DNA of 64,000 nucleotides from an uncultured Mycoplasmatota bacterium (GTDB taxonomy: Bacteria > Bacillota_I > Bacilli_A > RF39 > UBA660), in contig CANTCQ010000007.1 in assembly GCA_947652325.1 (NCBI GenBank), positions 3,160 through 67,159 of the forward strand, given 5' to 3'. The notes under the pieces are model-generated. The model saw nothing but the letters and a program-made list of their open reading frames with translations. It had not been told where the DNA came from and did not search any database. Positions 19,145 through 29,908 of the stretch are shown here, piece by piece. The translations under genes were made by a program, and so were the position numbers. Every line of letters starts with the position of its first letter. Position 1 is the first letter of the stretch.

Positions 19145-19421
19145 ACTATCACCCTTTAAAAGTATTGTTTATTATAGCACGAAAAGTAAGTTATACAAGT
19201 TAAAAATCATTTTTTTCTTTTCCTTAAAAAATAATACTACACAAAAAGTAATGGCGATACTTCTTACTGACTGATGAGTTTGAACAAATCGATATCTAAT
19301 TATAATGATAAGTCCCATTAATACCAAATAAAATACATAATCAGTACTAATAATGAATCCATTTGGCTATTTTTTTATACTTATTAAAAATAACTCTCTT
19401 AAAAATTCAAACAATATTGCC

Positions 19422-19685
19422 CTATTTCATTCTCTTTTCTTTTACTTTTTCAATTTTAATGGTGTAGCCAATGGGTCCTAAAATTTCAAGTAAACTTTTT
19501 ACACTTGGGGAATACAATCCTGCTTCTATTCGTGCTATTTTTACTCGCGAAACACCTGCATACTTTGAAAACAAATCTTGTGTTAAATTATTTTCTTTTC
19601 GAAAACGAATAAATTCTTTTCGAAATATTTCATGTAATTCTTCTGGGTTATAAGAAGCTTCTATATAATTAATATCGTAATCCAT
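19422..19685 (-). CDS. XRE-family HTH transcriptional regulator (~87 aa from MDYDINYIE).
   Basis: NNLTQDLFSKYAGVSRVKIARIEAG HTH_3 motif. Divergent from the AMP-ligase gene. Confidence 0.65.
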   Translation of the reverse strand: MDYDINYIEASYNPEELHEIFRKEFIRFRKENNLTQDLFSKYAGVSRVKIARIEAGLYSPSVKSLLEILGPIGYTIKIEKVKEKRMK

Positions 19686-19817
19686 AATCTTTTTCCTTTC
19701 GAATATAGCTATTGTATCATATATGATACCAAAATATAAAATAAACTTGTAATCTAAAAAAATACATATTATATTCAAATTGTAGTAATAAAAATATGGA
19801 AGGAAATAAAATTATTT

Positions 19818-21680
19818 ATGGAATTAAATAAAATTAATGAACAGAAAAGAAGAAAACTAAATCGACCAATTACTGGCATTATTCAAAACGATAGAATTTG
19901 GGAACAATGGTTTGACCAATATTTATTAAAAAATGAGTTACCAAAAATGAGTCAAAAAGATTATTTAATAGAATGTATTCAAAGCGATCCAAATAGAATT
20001 ATATTAAATAATAGAAACAAAAAAAAATTTACAGTACAAGAATTTCTAAACAAAATTGAAATATATGAAAAAGCATTTACAGTAATGAATCTACAAGAAG
20101 GAGATGTTATTTGTACCATTGGCTTACAAACACCTGAAATGTATTTTATAAAATACGCAGCTACTAGTTTGGGTCTAATAACTAGTCATTTAAACGTTTT
20201 AGATGCAGATATAACAGATAATGATGTAAACCGCCTATATTTACAATTAAAAAATGTAAATCCTAAAATGATTTTCACTTTGGATATTTTAGAAGATAAA
20301 ATACATGAAGTTGTAAATCATGAAAGATTTTCAACAGCTTTTAAAGTTTCTATGCCGTTTACTTTTTCTACCCCTTTATTAAATCTTGAAAAAGCTATTT
20401 TAAGCCTTAAAAACTTAAAAGATTTTTTATCCGGAAAAAAGATTAAAAAGACAACGCCTTTAAATGAATTTTTAAAGTTTGGTAATCAAATTAAAAAAGA
20501 AGATATAAAAGAAATTTACTATCCTACAATGCCTTGTAATATTTCATTTACAAGTGGAACTACTGGAATAAACAAAGCAGTTGTTTTAAGTCACGATGCC
20601 AACAACGCTTTACCTTTTCAACAAAAAATTGGAGAATTTGGTTATGAAAAAGGAACTACAAATTTAGCCCTTGTTTTTCCCTTTTTAGCTTTTTGGGATG
20701 CAGACATAGTGCATGCTGTTCTTTGCCAAGAAGGAGAAAATATTATCGAAACATCACTTGATTTTAAAAATATTCCAGAATATTTTAAAAAATACCAACC
20801 GAATATGGGAATATGGAGTCAATATTTATGGAGTTCGCTTTTAACACTTCCAGAGGAGGAATTAAAAAAAGCAACTAAAAATTTAAAACATGCTATTATT
20901 GGAGGAGCAAGATGCGAAGTAAATGCTGCAAAACTATTTTATAAACTAACAGGAGTGATGCAGACTTGTGGATTTGGTGCAACAGAAGTAAATACTGCTT
21001 TTAGTGTTCCTCATCCTGATTGTATAAAGTTAGGTACAGCTGGTATTCCCCAACCTTTTAATAATGTTAAAATTGTGGATGACTCTTTCCATGATGTTAC
21101 TTATAACATTCCAGGAAAATTATTTATTACAGGTCCTGCTTTAATGAATGGTTACTATAAACGAGATGATTTAACAAAAAAAGTTTTATATACTGATGAA
21201 AAAGGGATTACTTGGTATAATACAGGTGATTATGCAATTTTAGATGACGATGGCTGTTTGACAGTTTTAGATAGGTATATGGACCCAATTGAAATACATT
21301 ATAATGATAAAATTAAAAAAGTAAATCCACTTGATATTGCTGAAATTATAAGAAAAAATCCAAACACAAAAGATATCAAAATAACATGCCATGATAATAA
21401 CAAAAAATTGGTTTTGCATATTTCTTTTGATACAACGATTACAGAATTATCAGATACTGAAGCTTTGGAAAGTGTTTTAGAAACGATAAAAAGGGATTTA
21501 CCAGAAGAAGAATGGCCAAATATTATTAACATTTATGAAGAATTCCCAAAAACACCTGTTGGAAAGTCAAACTATCCTTTATTACAACTTACTGGAGAAG
21601 AATTAAGTCATAAATTTAGCAAAACGCAAAAGCTAATTGTTTTAAAACCAAAGGGTACGTCTTTAGTAAAAAAGAAATAA
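19818..21680 (+). CDS. AMP-dependent synthetase/ligase (acyl-CoA synthetase-like adenylating enzyme).
   Basis: FTSGTTGINKAVVLSH AMP-binding motif, YNTGDYAILDDDG, and C-terminal PVGKSNYPLL (conserved Lys). Confidence 0.75.
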   Translation: MELNKINEQKRRKLNRPITGIIQNDRIWEQWFDQYLLKNELPKMSQKDYLIECIQSDPNRIILNNRNKKKFTVQEFLNKIEIYEKAFTVMNLQEGDVICTIGLQTPEMYFIKYAATSLGLITSHLNVLDADITDNDVNRLYLQLKNVNPKMIFTLDILEDKIHEVVNHERFSTAFKVSMPFTFSTPLLNLEKAILSLKNLKDFLSGKKIKKTTPLNEFLKFGNQIKKEDIKEIYYPTMPCNISFTSGTTGINKAVVLSHDANNALPFQQKIGEFGYEKGTTNLALVFPFLAFWDADIVHAVLCQEGENIIETSLDFKNIPEYFKKYQPNMGIWSQYLWSSLLTLPEEELKKATKNLKHAIIGGARCEVNAAKLFYKLTGVMQTCGFGATEVNTAFSVPHPDCIKLGTAGIPQPFNNVKIVDDSFHDVTYNIPGKLFITGPALMNGYYKRDDLTKKVLYTDEKGITWYNTGDYAILDDDGCLTVLDRYMDPIEIHYNDKIKKVNPLDIAEIIRKNPNTKDIKITCHDNNKKLVLHISFDTTITELSDTEALESVLETIKRDLPEEEWPNIINIYEEFPKTPVGKSNYPLLQLTGEELSHKFSKTQKLIVLKPKGTSLVKKK

Positions 21681-21733
21681 TATCTATATTCTTTTTTTTA
21701 TGGTATACTTTTAGTAAGATAGGTGGTTAAAAA

Positions 21734-23569
21734 ATGCAAAATGGAATTTTTTTCTCAATCATAAGTTTTGTTTATTGTATATTTGCAATTGTTTTATTTT
21801 TTTCTAAAGATAAAATAAAATCTAAAGAAAATAAAATATACAGCGTTCTTTTGATAACCAATTTAATTGGCTTATTTATTGAAGTAGTTCCTATAACTTT
21901 AGGAATCCGAAGTATAGTTACTATGAATGAGGCAACGTTAATTTTTCTTTTAAAATTGCTTCTCATTTATTTTATAATATGGACTTTATTTTTTACAGAT
22001 TATATATTAACTGTTTCCAAAATGAAAGAAAAAACATCCTTGTATTGTAAAATAATTGGCATTATTTTAGGGATAATTAGTTCTGTAATTATTTTTATTC
22101 TTCCTCTTGACTATTACATAAATAATGGTGCTGCTTATAGCTATGGTGCTGCTGTAAATTATTGTTATTTAATTGCTGGAATGTTAATAATTATATGTAT
22201 TTCTCTTTTACTTATTAATATTAAAAAAATAGCATTAAAAAAGTATTATCCTTTAATTGTATTTCTTTTATTAGGAACAATAATTACTATAATTCAAGCA
22301 AGATTTCCAGAATTAACTTTAATGTCTTCACTTCATACCTTTGTACTATTGGTTATGTTTCATTCTATTGAAAATCCTGATTTAAAATTAATAAACGAAT
22401 TAGAAATGGCCAAAGAACAAGCAGATAAAGCCAATATGGCGAAAACAGAATTTTTATCCAACATGTCTCATGAAATACGTACTCCCCTAAATGCTATTGT
22501 TGGATTTAGTGAGTGTATGTTACCTTCTACTGATTTAAATGAAATCAAAGGATTTGCTCGTGATATTGTAGATGCTTCCCATAACTTACTCGAAATCGTA
22601 AATGGTATTTTAGACATTTCTAAAATCGAAGCTAATAAAATGGAAATTATAAATAAAGAATATAATCCTCGTGAAGTATTTAATTCTCTTTGCAAATTAG
22701 TAAAACCAAGAATTAAGGAAAAGCAAATTGATTTTAAAATTAATATCTCCCCTGACCTACCAGGTATCTTAAAAGGAGATATGGGCAAATTAAAACAAAT
22801 AGTATTAAATATACTTACCAATGCTGCAAAATACACAGATAAAGGACAAATTGAATTTAATATTACTTGTGTCAATCGAACAGATATAAATAAATGTCTA
22901 CTATATATTGCCGTTAAAGACACAGGTCGAGGTATCAAAAAAGAAAATATTGAAAAATTATTTAATAAATTTGAACGCATTGATGTAGATAAAAATACAA
23001 CCATTGAAGGTACTGGCTTAGGTCTTGCTATTACCAAAAGTTTAACAGAAATGATGGGCGGAAAAATTACTGTTAATTCTAAATTTGGCGAAGGCTCTAC
23101 TTTTAGAATTTATCTAGAACAAGAAATTATTAGTATGGAAATACCAGAAGGAACATCAGAAGAAATTGAAATTGATTATACAAAACACAGTGGAAAAAGA
23201 ATACTCATTGTGGATGATTCCAAAATCAATTTAAAAGTGGCAAATCAAATATTGAAGCCTTATAAGTTTAATGTAAAATTAGTCGAAAGTGGATATGAAG
23301 CTTTAGAATGCTTAGAAAGTGGAACGTTTGATTTAATTTTAATGGATATTATGATGCCTAAAATGAATGGTGTGGAAACGCTTAGAAGATTAAAGAAAAT
23401 AGAAGGTTTTGATATTCCTGTTGTTGCTCTCACTGCAGATGCCATTGAAGGAACAGATGAAAAATACTTAAATGCTGGATTTGATGATTATTTATCAAAA
23501 CCAATCGATAGATATGAGTTAGATAGAGTTTTAAAGAAATTTTTTGGAGGTAAAAAAAATAATGAATAA
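21734..23569 (+). CDS. Hybrid sensor histidine kinase: N-terminal polytopic membrane sensor, HisKA, HATPase_c and a C-terminal receiver domain.
   Basis: ~6 TM helices in the first 200 aa. H-box [14 protein letters not shown]-boxes DTGRGI and GTGLGLAI. Receiver ILIVDDS...LILMDIMMP...K. Confidence 0.85.
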   Translation: MQNGIFFSIISFVYCIFAIVLFFSKDKIKSKENKIYSVLLITNLIGLFIEVVPITLGIRSIVTMNEATLIFLLKLLLIYFIIWTLFFTDYILTVSKMKEKTSLYCKIIGIILGIISSVIIFILPLDYYINNGAAYSYGAAVNYCYLIAGMLIIICISLLLINIKKIALKKYYPLIVFLLLGTIITIIQARFPELTLMSSLHTFVLLVMFHSIENPDLKLINELEMAKEQADKANMAKTEFLSNMSHEIRTPLNAIVGFSECMLPSTDLNEIKGFARDIVDASHNLLEIVNGILDISKIEANKMEIINKEYNPREVFNSLCKLVKPRIKEKQIDFKINISPDLPGILKGDMGKLKQIVLNILTNAAKYTDKGQIEFNITCVNRTDINKCLLYIAVKDTGRGIKKENIEKLFNKFERIDVDKNTTIEGTGLGLAITKSLTEMMGGKITVNSKFGEGSTFRIYLEQEIISMEIPEGTSEEIEIDYTKHSGKRILIVDDSKINLKVANQILKPYKFNVKLVESGYEALECLESGTFDLILMDIMMPKMNGVETLRRLKKIEGFDIPVVALTADAIEGTDEKYLNAGFDDYLSKPIDRYELDRVLKKFFGGKKNNE

Positions 23570-24311
23570 TATAGAAATTTTAAAATCTAATAATGTAGAC
23601 ATTGATGCAGCTTTAGAATTATGGGGAGATATGGATTCTTACAACGAAAGTTTACTAGAATTCAAAGAGTCTTTAAATTCTAAACTTGCAAGTTTAGAAA
23701 ATTATAAAAATAGCAGAGATTGGAATAATTACGCTATTCTGGCACACAGTATGAAAAGTGAATCAAAATACCTAGGTTTTATGAGAGAAGCAGAAGTATT
23801 TTTAGACCATGAACTAAAAGGAAAAGAAGAAAATGGTATCTATATTGAAGCAAATTTTAGTACTGTATCAAACACAGTTCGAAATATTGTTACCCTTCTT
23901 ACTTCTTATTTTGGTGAAGAAAATCCAAATAAAAAAAATATATTAATTGCCGATGATTCTAACATTATTTTAAATTATTTAGAAAAAAATATTGGAAATG
24001 AATATGCAATTTTAAAAGCCTTAAATGGGCAAGAAGCTATTCATTTACTTACAAAACATAACATTTATGCCATTTTACTTGATTTAAACATGCCAGGAAT
24101 TAATGGTTTTGAAGTATTGCAATATTTAAAAGAAAGTAATTTAATGGATAAAATCCCTGTAGTAATTATTACAGGAGATGATACAGAAGAAACTATAAAA
24201 AAAGCTTTTACTTACCCTATTTTGGATGTATTAAATAAACCCTTTAATGAAAAAAGTATTTACAGTGTTATTACTTCTATAAAAAACTTTTATGAAAATC
24301 AAAATTTATAA
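23562..24311 (+). CDS. Hpt (histidine phosphotransfer) domain fused to a stand-alone receiver domain.
   Basis: [13 protein letters not shown] fits the Hpt HxxKGxxxxxG signature. C-terminal [11 protein letters not shown]...[13 protein letters not shown]. The start at 23562 (RBS GGAGGT) overlaps the end of the kinase gene by 8 nt. Confidence 0.75.
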   Translation: MNNIEILKSNNVDIDAALELWGDMDSYNESLLEFKESLNSKLASLENYKNSRDWNNYAILAHSMKSESKYLGFMREAEVFLDHELKGKEENGIYIEANFSTVSNTVRNIVTLLTSYFGEENPNKKNILIADDSNIILNYLEKNIGNEYAILKALNGQEAIHLLTKHNIYAILLDLNMPGINGFEVLQYLKESNLMDKIPVVIITGDDTEETIKKAFTYPILDVLNKPFNEKSIYSVITSIKNFYENQNL

Positions 24312-24362
24312 ATTTATAGTTGCGAACGATATAAAAATTTGTTACAATTATATTGTTCTTAT

Positions 24363-24439
24363 GGCGCTGTAGCTCAGTTGGCTAGAGCAACCGGTTCATA
24401 CCCGGTAGGTCGAGAGTTCGAATCTCCCCGGCGCTACCA
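24363..24439 (+). tRNA. tRNA-Met (anticodon CAT), elongator type.
   Basis: Cloverleaf: acceptor GGCGCUG/CGGCGCU, D-arm GCUC..GAGC, anticodon loop UUCAUAC, T-loop GUUCGAAUC, encoded CCA. Close to the B. subtilis elongator tRNA-Met. Confidence 0.85.
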
Positions 24440-24450
24440 ATTTTGATTTT

Positions 24451-24482
24451 AAAACCCTTTTTTAGAAGGGTTTATTTTTTTA
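24451..24482 (+). terminator. Rho-independent terminator after tRNA-Met.
   Basis: AAAACCCTTTTTTAGAAGGGTTT hairpin plus a T-run. Confidence 0.75.
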
Positions 24483-24729
24483 TTATAAATGTGAAAAAGA
24501 ATATTGTACAAAATAAATAAAATTAAATAATTGAAGGAATTTTAAGAATTTTAAATTATGATAAATCCTTATTTTATAAGGAAACATAGGAAATATACTT
24601 AATATTATAATTAGAGTTTTCATATATTTAAAATTATGATAAAATACTATATATTAGAATTAGTTAGTCTATTTATAAAAAATTTGTATATTGTTTCTGT
24701 CAATATACATTTAAATTAGAAGAGGTCTT

Positions 24730-25434
24730 ATGAATAAAGATTATAAATTGGTTTTTTATGAAAATTTTGATAATCTAGATAATTGGAATTTTGATATTGG
24801 AAGTGGACTTAAAAATTTATGGGGAAATCACGAAAAAGAGTTTTATACTAACAAAAATGACAACATATATATAAAAGATAATAAATTATATATTGTTGCT
24901 AAGAAAGAAAAATTTGAAGATTGCCATTACACTTCGTCAAGAATAAACACAAAAGATAAAAAATATTTTAAGTATGGTTATATTGAAATTAATGCCAAAC
25001 TTCCTACAGGAACGGGGTCATGGCCGGCTTTATGGATGATGGGGCAAAATGACTCATGGCCTGTAGGTGGAGAGATAGACATTATGGAACATATCGGAAT
25101 CAACCAGAATATGATTTATCATACAATTCATTCTAAAAATCATATATGTAAACCATATTTTTCATATAAAGAAAAAATAAATGATGTTTCAAATAATTTT
25201 CATAGATATGGATTGCTGTGGGAAAAAAATAGTATTGAATTCTTAGTTGATGATATTTCTTATGGAAAGATTATAAATCAAAATTATACAAAAAAAGAGG
25301 ATTGGCCATTTAATGATTATTTTTATTTTATTATTAATTTAGCAGTAGGAGGAGATTTTGCAGGGAAAATCGTCGATGAAGATTTGCCATTTGTTTTCGT
25401 AATTGATTATGTAAAAGTTTACCAAAAAAATTAG
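24730..25434 (+). CDS. Glycoside hydrolase family 16 (laminarinase/licheninase-like) with no signal peptide.
   Basis: Catalytic EIDIME motif (ExDxxE) and GSWPALWMMG. 234 aa with no N-terminal hydrophobic segment. Confidence 0.75.
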   Translation: MNKDYKLVFYENFDNLDNWNFDIGSGLKNLWGNHEKEFYTNKNDNIYIKDNKLYIVAKKEKFEDCHYTSSRINTKDKKYFKYGYIEINAKLPTGTGSWPALWMMGQNDSWPVGGEIDIMEHIGINQNMIYHTIHSKNHICKPYFSYKEKINDVSNNFHRYGLLWEKNSIEFLVDDISYGKIINQNYTKKEDWPFNDYFYFIINLAVGGDFAGKIVDEDLPFVFVIDYVKVYQKN

Positions 25435-25816
25435 TTATTGAACTATCTTTTTCAAAAAAATTTAAGTTAAATATTCACAACTTTTTTGTTACTGTAAAAT
25501 CCTTAATTTACATGGATGGAAATTAAATTTTAAAGAAGTTAATGAGTATGTCAAGAAAACTTGCATAAAAATAAAAAAGGAATACCTGTTTTTAGAAAGT
25601 TAGGTATTCCTTTTCAATTCGATATAGTATAAACTTATATAGAACTATTTGACTAAAATCACTAAATTTTCCTGAATTAATTATGTTAAATAATTGTTTT
25701 TAAAGCAACAATATTACAAATTTGATAATAAATATTAAAATATTAGTTACATTGTTGCAATAGCGATTTAAAACTATATGAAGGTAAAGGGCCCTTTATG
25801 AAATAGCTTGTCTTTT

Positions 25817-26758
25817 TTATTTATCTAACCAATAACTGTCTTCTTCGATATTTCTGAAAACATTTTCTTTTTCTTTAGAGTCTGTTGAAACTTTATTAAA
25901 TGTACTTTCAACCGCCTGCTCCATATTGGTATTTCTCTTTGGTAAATCTGCCATTTTAGGAAGTTCAAATTGAGGTCTTGTAGGAGTAATTGTTCTTCTT
26001 GGAATTGATTCTGTTTTTTTATCTTCTTGTATGTTCTTTTCCTCATTATTTAAATATACCGAGCTAAATATGCTAGAAGATGGCATTTTTTTAATAGTCT
26101 CTTCTTTTCTTAAATCTTCTGTACTCGGAAATATATGTAAATCATTTTCAGTTTGTGTATCTCTCCTATTATTTTCTAAAGGTTCTTCTATAATAGAAAT
26201 ATTTTCTTCTACCGAATCATATTTATTTAAAACTTCTTCAATGCTTTGTTCTTTTTCTTCATAAAGAGGTATATTATATTCAGGCTCTTCTAAAATGCTT
26301 TTTTCAAAAACAGTTGGTTCTTCTTGAATACTGTATTCTTTATTATATAATGAACTTTTATTTTCTGGTAGAGTTTCTTTTATTTCTCTAAATGTATCAG
26401 ATATTTCGCTTGGAGGATATTCTTCCATTTCTACTTGATTTATATCCTCGTTATTATTTGTTAAAGAAATAGTTCCTAAGTCTTCTTCTTTTAAGCCTAT
26501 TGGTTCTAAAGATATCTCTTCTACTACTTTTTCTTCTTCTAAAGGTTGGTTTGTAGGTAGTATTTTTTGCTTTTCTTCTAAAGAATTTAGTATTTTTGCA
26601 TTTTCTTCTACATTATTCATCATTTCTGTATTTCTAGCTTTCTCATCTTTTTTTCCAAAAAATAAAATAATTAAAAATGAAAAAGCCAAAACGGTAATTA
26701 CTATAAATAAACCTATTCCAAAATAGTTATTGCTATAAAGTTTGTATAGAAATTCCAT
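25817..26758 (-). CDS. Membrane-anchored acidic low-complexity protein (E/P/S-rich).
   Basis: N-terminal TM helix YFGIGLFIVITVLAFSFLIILFF followed by ~270 aa of acidic low-complexity sequence. Confidence 0.5.
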   Translation of the reverse strand: MEFLYKLYSNNYFGIGLFIVITVLAFSFLIILFFGKKDEKARNTEMMNNVEENAKILNSLEEKQKILPTNQPLEEEKVVEEISLEPIGLKEEDLGTISLTNNNEDINQVEMEEYPPSEISDTFREIKETLPENKSSLYNKEYSIQEEPTVFEKSILEEPEYNIPLYEEKEQSIEEVLNKYDSVEENISIIEEPLENNRRDTQTENDLHIFPSTEDLRKEETIKKMPSSSIFSSVYLNNEEKNIQEDKKTESIPRRTITPTRPQFELPKMADLPKRNTNMEQAVESTFNKVSTDSKEKENVFRNIEEDSYWLDK

Positions 26759-26863
26759 GGTTCCACCACCTTTTATTCTGTTCTTAGAATATCATATTCT
26801 ATTTTACAAATCAAGAAAAAATGTCGACATCTTTAAAGAAATGACAATAAAAAAAGCAAAAAA

Positions 26864-27073
26864 CTACATATATTTTGTCATTTGCTTCATTACTTGGTTT
26901 ACTTGTTTTTGACTTGGTTTTCTTCCCATACTACTCATCATAACTTCAATCATTTTCTCATTGATTGGAGGATTTTTTTTCATATATTTTTTCATTACAA
27001 ATCTAGCACCAAAAAAACCGATTATAAGCCCCACAAGAAGGCCAATTCCAATTAATATGATATCATGAAACAT
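26864..27073 (-). CDS. yneF: UPF0154 small membrane protein YneF.
   Basis: GFFGARFVMKKYMKKNPPINEKM...MGRKPSQKQVNQVMKQM closely matches the YneF family. Syntenic with tkt. Confidence 0.85.
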   Translation of the reverse strand: MFHDIILIGIGLLVGLIIGFFGARFVMKKYMKKNPPINEKMIEVMMSSMGRKPSQKQVNQVMKQMTKYM

Positions 27074-27116
27074 TTTGTTTCCTCCTTTTTCTTATTTTAC
27101 TAAAAATTATCCTTTT

Positions 27117-27539
27117 TCACAAGTTTGTTGTTAGTTTTTCTAACCAAAAATAATCTTTATTTTCAAAATCACATAAAAAGAGATTTTCCAATTCTTCCAA
27201 ATCTTGTAAAAAAGTTGGGCGAATGATTGTACTTTTTAAAAGCAAAAAATGTTGGTGAACAATTAATTTTGATTCTTCTTTTTTATATATGTTATTTATT
27301 TGATGAATATTCTTAAATTTGGTATAAAAAAAATTATCCTGGTATTTTTTGAAAAGTTTATTATCAAATTCTTTATTTCTAAATCGCTCTACCATCTTAT
27401 AAAAAAGGTCTGCTCCCCTTTTTATTTCTTCACGGTCAATATTGTAAATATAAGAAAGCATTTTAAATAAATGATAAGGATTGTTTTTTGTTAAATGAGC
27501 ATATTCTTCTTTGATTTTAAAAATATAGAAGGTACGCAT
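27117..27539 (-). CDS. sirA: SirA-like (YneE) sporulation inhibitor of replication, tentative.
   Basis: Position between tkt and yneF as in B. subtilis. N-terminus RTFYIFKIKEEYAH resembles the SirA N-terminus; weak similarity otherwise. Confidence 0.45.
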   Translation of the reverse strand: MRTFYIFKIKEEYAHLTKNNPYHLFKMLSYIYNIDREEIKRGADLFYKMVERFRNKEFDNKLFKKYQDNFFYTKFKNIHQINNIYKKEESKLIVHQHFLLLKSTIIRPTFLQDLEELENLFLCDFENKDYFWLEKLTTNL

Positions 27540-27602
27540 AAGCATCACCATATTTAGTATATAAGAAAAAAAAACTTATTTTGTCGAAAAAAAGCGAAAA
27601 AT

Positions 27603-29588
27603 TTACTTTTCTAAAAATAATCTTGCTACTTTCATTTTTATGGTTTCATAATCAAAACCACATTTTTTCAAAACTTCTTCTGGTTTACCACTATAACCAA
27701 AATCATTAACTCCTATAATATATTTTTCATTGTTTACAAATAATCCCCAATTCATTTTATGACTTGGTTCTATGACAAGTGTCCGAATATTTTTTGGTAA
27801 TACTCCATTTTGATACGCTTTGTCTGTTTTTAAAAACAATTCTTGACTGGGCATGCTAACCACTCGAATATCTAAATTTTCTTTTTTTATTTCTTCCTTA
27901 ATTTGCATTGCTGTTAAAACTTCTGTTCCTGTTGCTATAATGATACCATCAAGTCTTTTTTCTTCTTTTCCCAATATATATGCACCTGCGGCAACTAATT
28001 TAGGATTCGAATTGGGTATTTTGGGCATTTTCTTTTTACTAATAATTAAGTTAATTGGCTTTTTATTTTTGGCAATGTATTCCCAACATCCCAAAACTTC
28101 ATTAAAATCGCATGGCCGAAAAGTTACCATATTGGGAATACTGCGAAGGGTAAGTATTTGTTCTATTGGTTCATGAGTAGGCCCATCTTCCCCTATCGAA
28201 ATAGAATCATGTGTAAAAATATAAGTGATGGGTAAATTCATTAATGCACTCATCCGCATAGAGGGCTTTAAGTAATCACTAAATGCAAGCATTGTACTAC
28301 AATATGTTTTTAAACCAAGCATAGATAACCCATTTAAAATTCCTGCCATTGCTTGCTCTCGAACTCCAAAGTTTATGTTTCTTCCTAAAGGATATTCTGC
28401 AGAATTTATATGAGTATTATCAATATAAGCTTTTGTAGAAGAGGCTAAATCGGCACTTCCACCAAGTAATAAGTCAGTTTTAGAAGCTATTAAATTTAAA
28501 ATTTTATGATTAGTCATTCGCATTTCTTCTTGATAAGTATCATTTACACGATAATTTAGACTTTCAAAAGGAACTATAATTTCTTTATTTAGTAAGGCTC
28601 GAAGTACATACATCAGTTTATCATTACCAGAAGTTTTCATTTTATTAAAATAAGAAATATGGTCTTTGTATTTTTGCTCTACTCTATCTTTTATTAAATT
28701 CCTTACATGTACTACTGTATCTTTTCTTACTTCAAAAGGAGCAATGGTTACATTTAATTTTCTTTTAATAGCAAAAATATCATCATCACTTAGGGGGGTT
28801 CCATGAACAACACTTTTGTTTTCGTACATACTATCTTTCCCTAAAATCGTATTAAAAATAATAAGAGATGGTTTTTTACTTTTTTTAGCAGCGGTTATGG
28901 CTTTATCAATGGCTTTTAAATTCGTACCATCTTTTACTGTATCTACATAAAATCCCATGGCTTCAAAGCACATTTCTATGTCTTCTAAAAAGCAAGTATC
29001 GATACTTCCATCATTGGTCATTTTATTACAATCATATAAAATTATAAGTTTTTCTAATTTTTGAGTTCCTGCAAAAGACGTAGCTTCATAAGAGATACCT
29101 TCCATTAAATCACCATCACCACATAAAACATAAGTGCGATAGTCAATTAAATTTTGCGTTTCTTCTTCTTTTTTTATATATGATTCTATATATCTTTCTC
29201 CAAGGGCAAAACCTACAGCATTTGCAATTCCTTGTCCAAGAGCTCCGGTTGTCATATCTACTCCTGGAGTTACTCCATATTCAGGATGTCCTGGACATTT
29301 CGAATCGATGCTTCTAAATTGTTTTAAATCCTCTTTTGTTATATTATATCCACATAAATGAAGTGTCGCATATAAAAGAGCTGAACCATGTCCAGCGGAC
29401 AAAACAAAACGGTCACGATTTATCCATTCAGGATTTTCTGGATTAATCATTAAATGTTTTGCATATAAAGTATAAATGATAGGAGCGGACGATAAAACAA
29501 TACCTGGATGTCCACTTTTAGCAGTACTTATCATGTCTAAAGCAAGTGCTTTTATTTCACTTACAGCATTGGTATCGTTTATATTCAT
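27603..29588 (-). CDS. tkt: Transketolase.
   Basis: TPP-binding motif GHPG near the N-terminus, GDGDLMEG, and a transketolase C-terminal domain. Start chosen at MNINDTNAV. Confidence 0.9.
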   Translation of the reverse strand: MNINDTNAVSEIKALALDMISTAKSGHPGIVLSSAPIIYTLYAKHLMINPENPEWINRDRFVLSAGHGSALLYATLHLCGYNITKEDLKQFRSIDSKCPGHPEYGVTPGVDMTTGALGQGIANAVGFALGERYIESYIKKEEETQNLIDYRTYVLCGDGDLMEGISYEATSFAGTQKLEKLIILYDCNKMTNDGSIDTCFLEDIEMCFEAMGFYVDTVKDGTNLKAIDKAITAAKKSKKPSLIIFNTILGKDSMYENKSVVHGTPLSDDDIFAIKRKLNVTIAPFEVRKDTVVHVRNLIKDRVEQKYKDHISYFNKMKTSGNDKLMYVLRALLNKEIIVPFESLNYRVNDTYQEEMRMTNHKILNLIASKTDLLLGGSADLASSTKAYIDNTHINSAEYPLGRNINFGVREQAMAGILNGLSMLGLKTYCSTMLAFSDYLKPSMRMSALMNLPITYIFTHDSISIGEDGPTHEPIEQILTLRSIPNMVTFRPCDFNEVLGCWEYIAKNKKPINLIISKKKMPKIPNSNPKLVAAGAYILGKEEKRLDGIIIATGTEVLTAMQIKEEIKKENLDIRVVSMPSQELFLKTDKAYQNGVLPKNIRTLVIEPSHKMNWGLFVNNEKYIIGVNDFGYSGKPEEVLKKCGFDYETIKMKVARLFLEK

Positions 29589-29908
29589 ATTATCCCTACC
29601 TATTCTTTTCCTATTAAGTATAACAAAAAAAAAAGAAAGTCGCAAACTTAACTCTTTTATTTTTTATAAAAAATCAAATATTTTTAATAGCACTTATCTT
29701 TTTTTGTATTTACTCTAATATTTATTGGATATTTACCCTGATTTTATTTTCTAGTTCTTTTGCGTATTTTACTAATTCATCATTATACCTAAAAATTTGC
29801 TATATTCATACAGCAAAGCTAGAGTTTTACAACAATAATCTTAATTTCTTTTACTATCTTTATTATACTTGAAAATTTAAAAGTGCAAAGACAATTCTAA
29901 TTTTATTT

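Noticed and set aside
19271-19278. CTGATGAG hammerhead-ribozyme-like core motif in an intergenic region.
   Set aside because: No GAAA or stem III and no cleavage-site context; a single 8-mer match is expected by chance.
25783-25794. GC-rich palindrome AAAGGGCCCTTT downstream of the acidic membrane protein gene.
   Set aside because: No following U-run on either strand, so not a convincing terminator. It may be a chance ApaI-type site.
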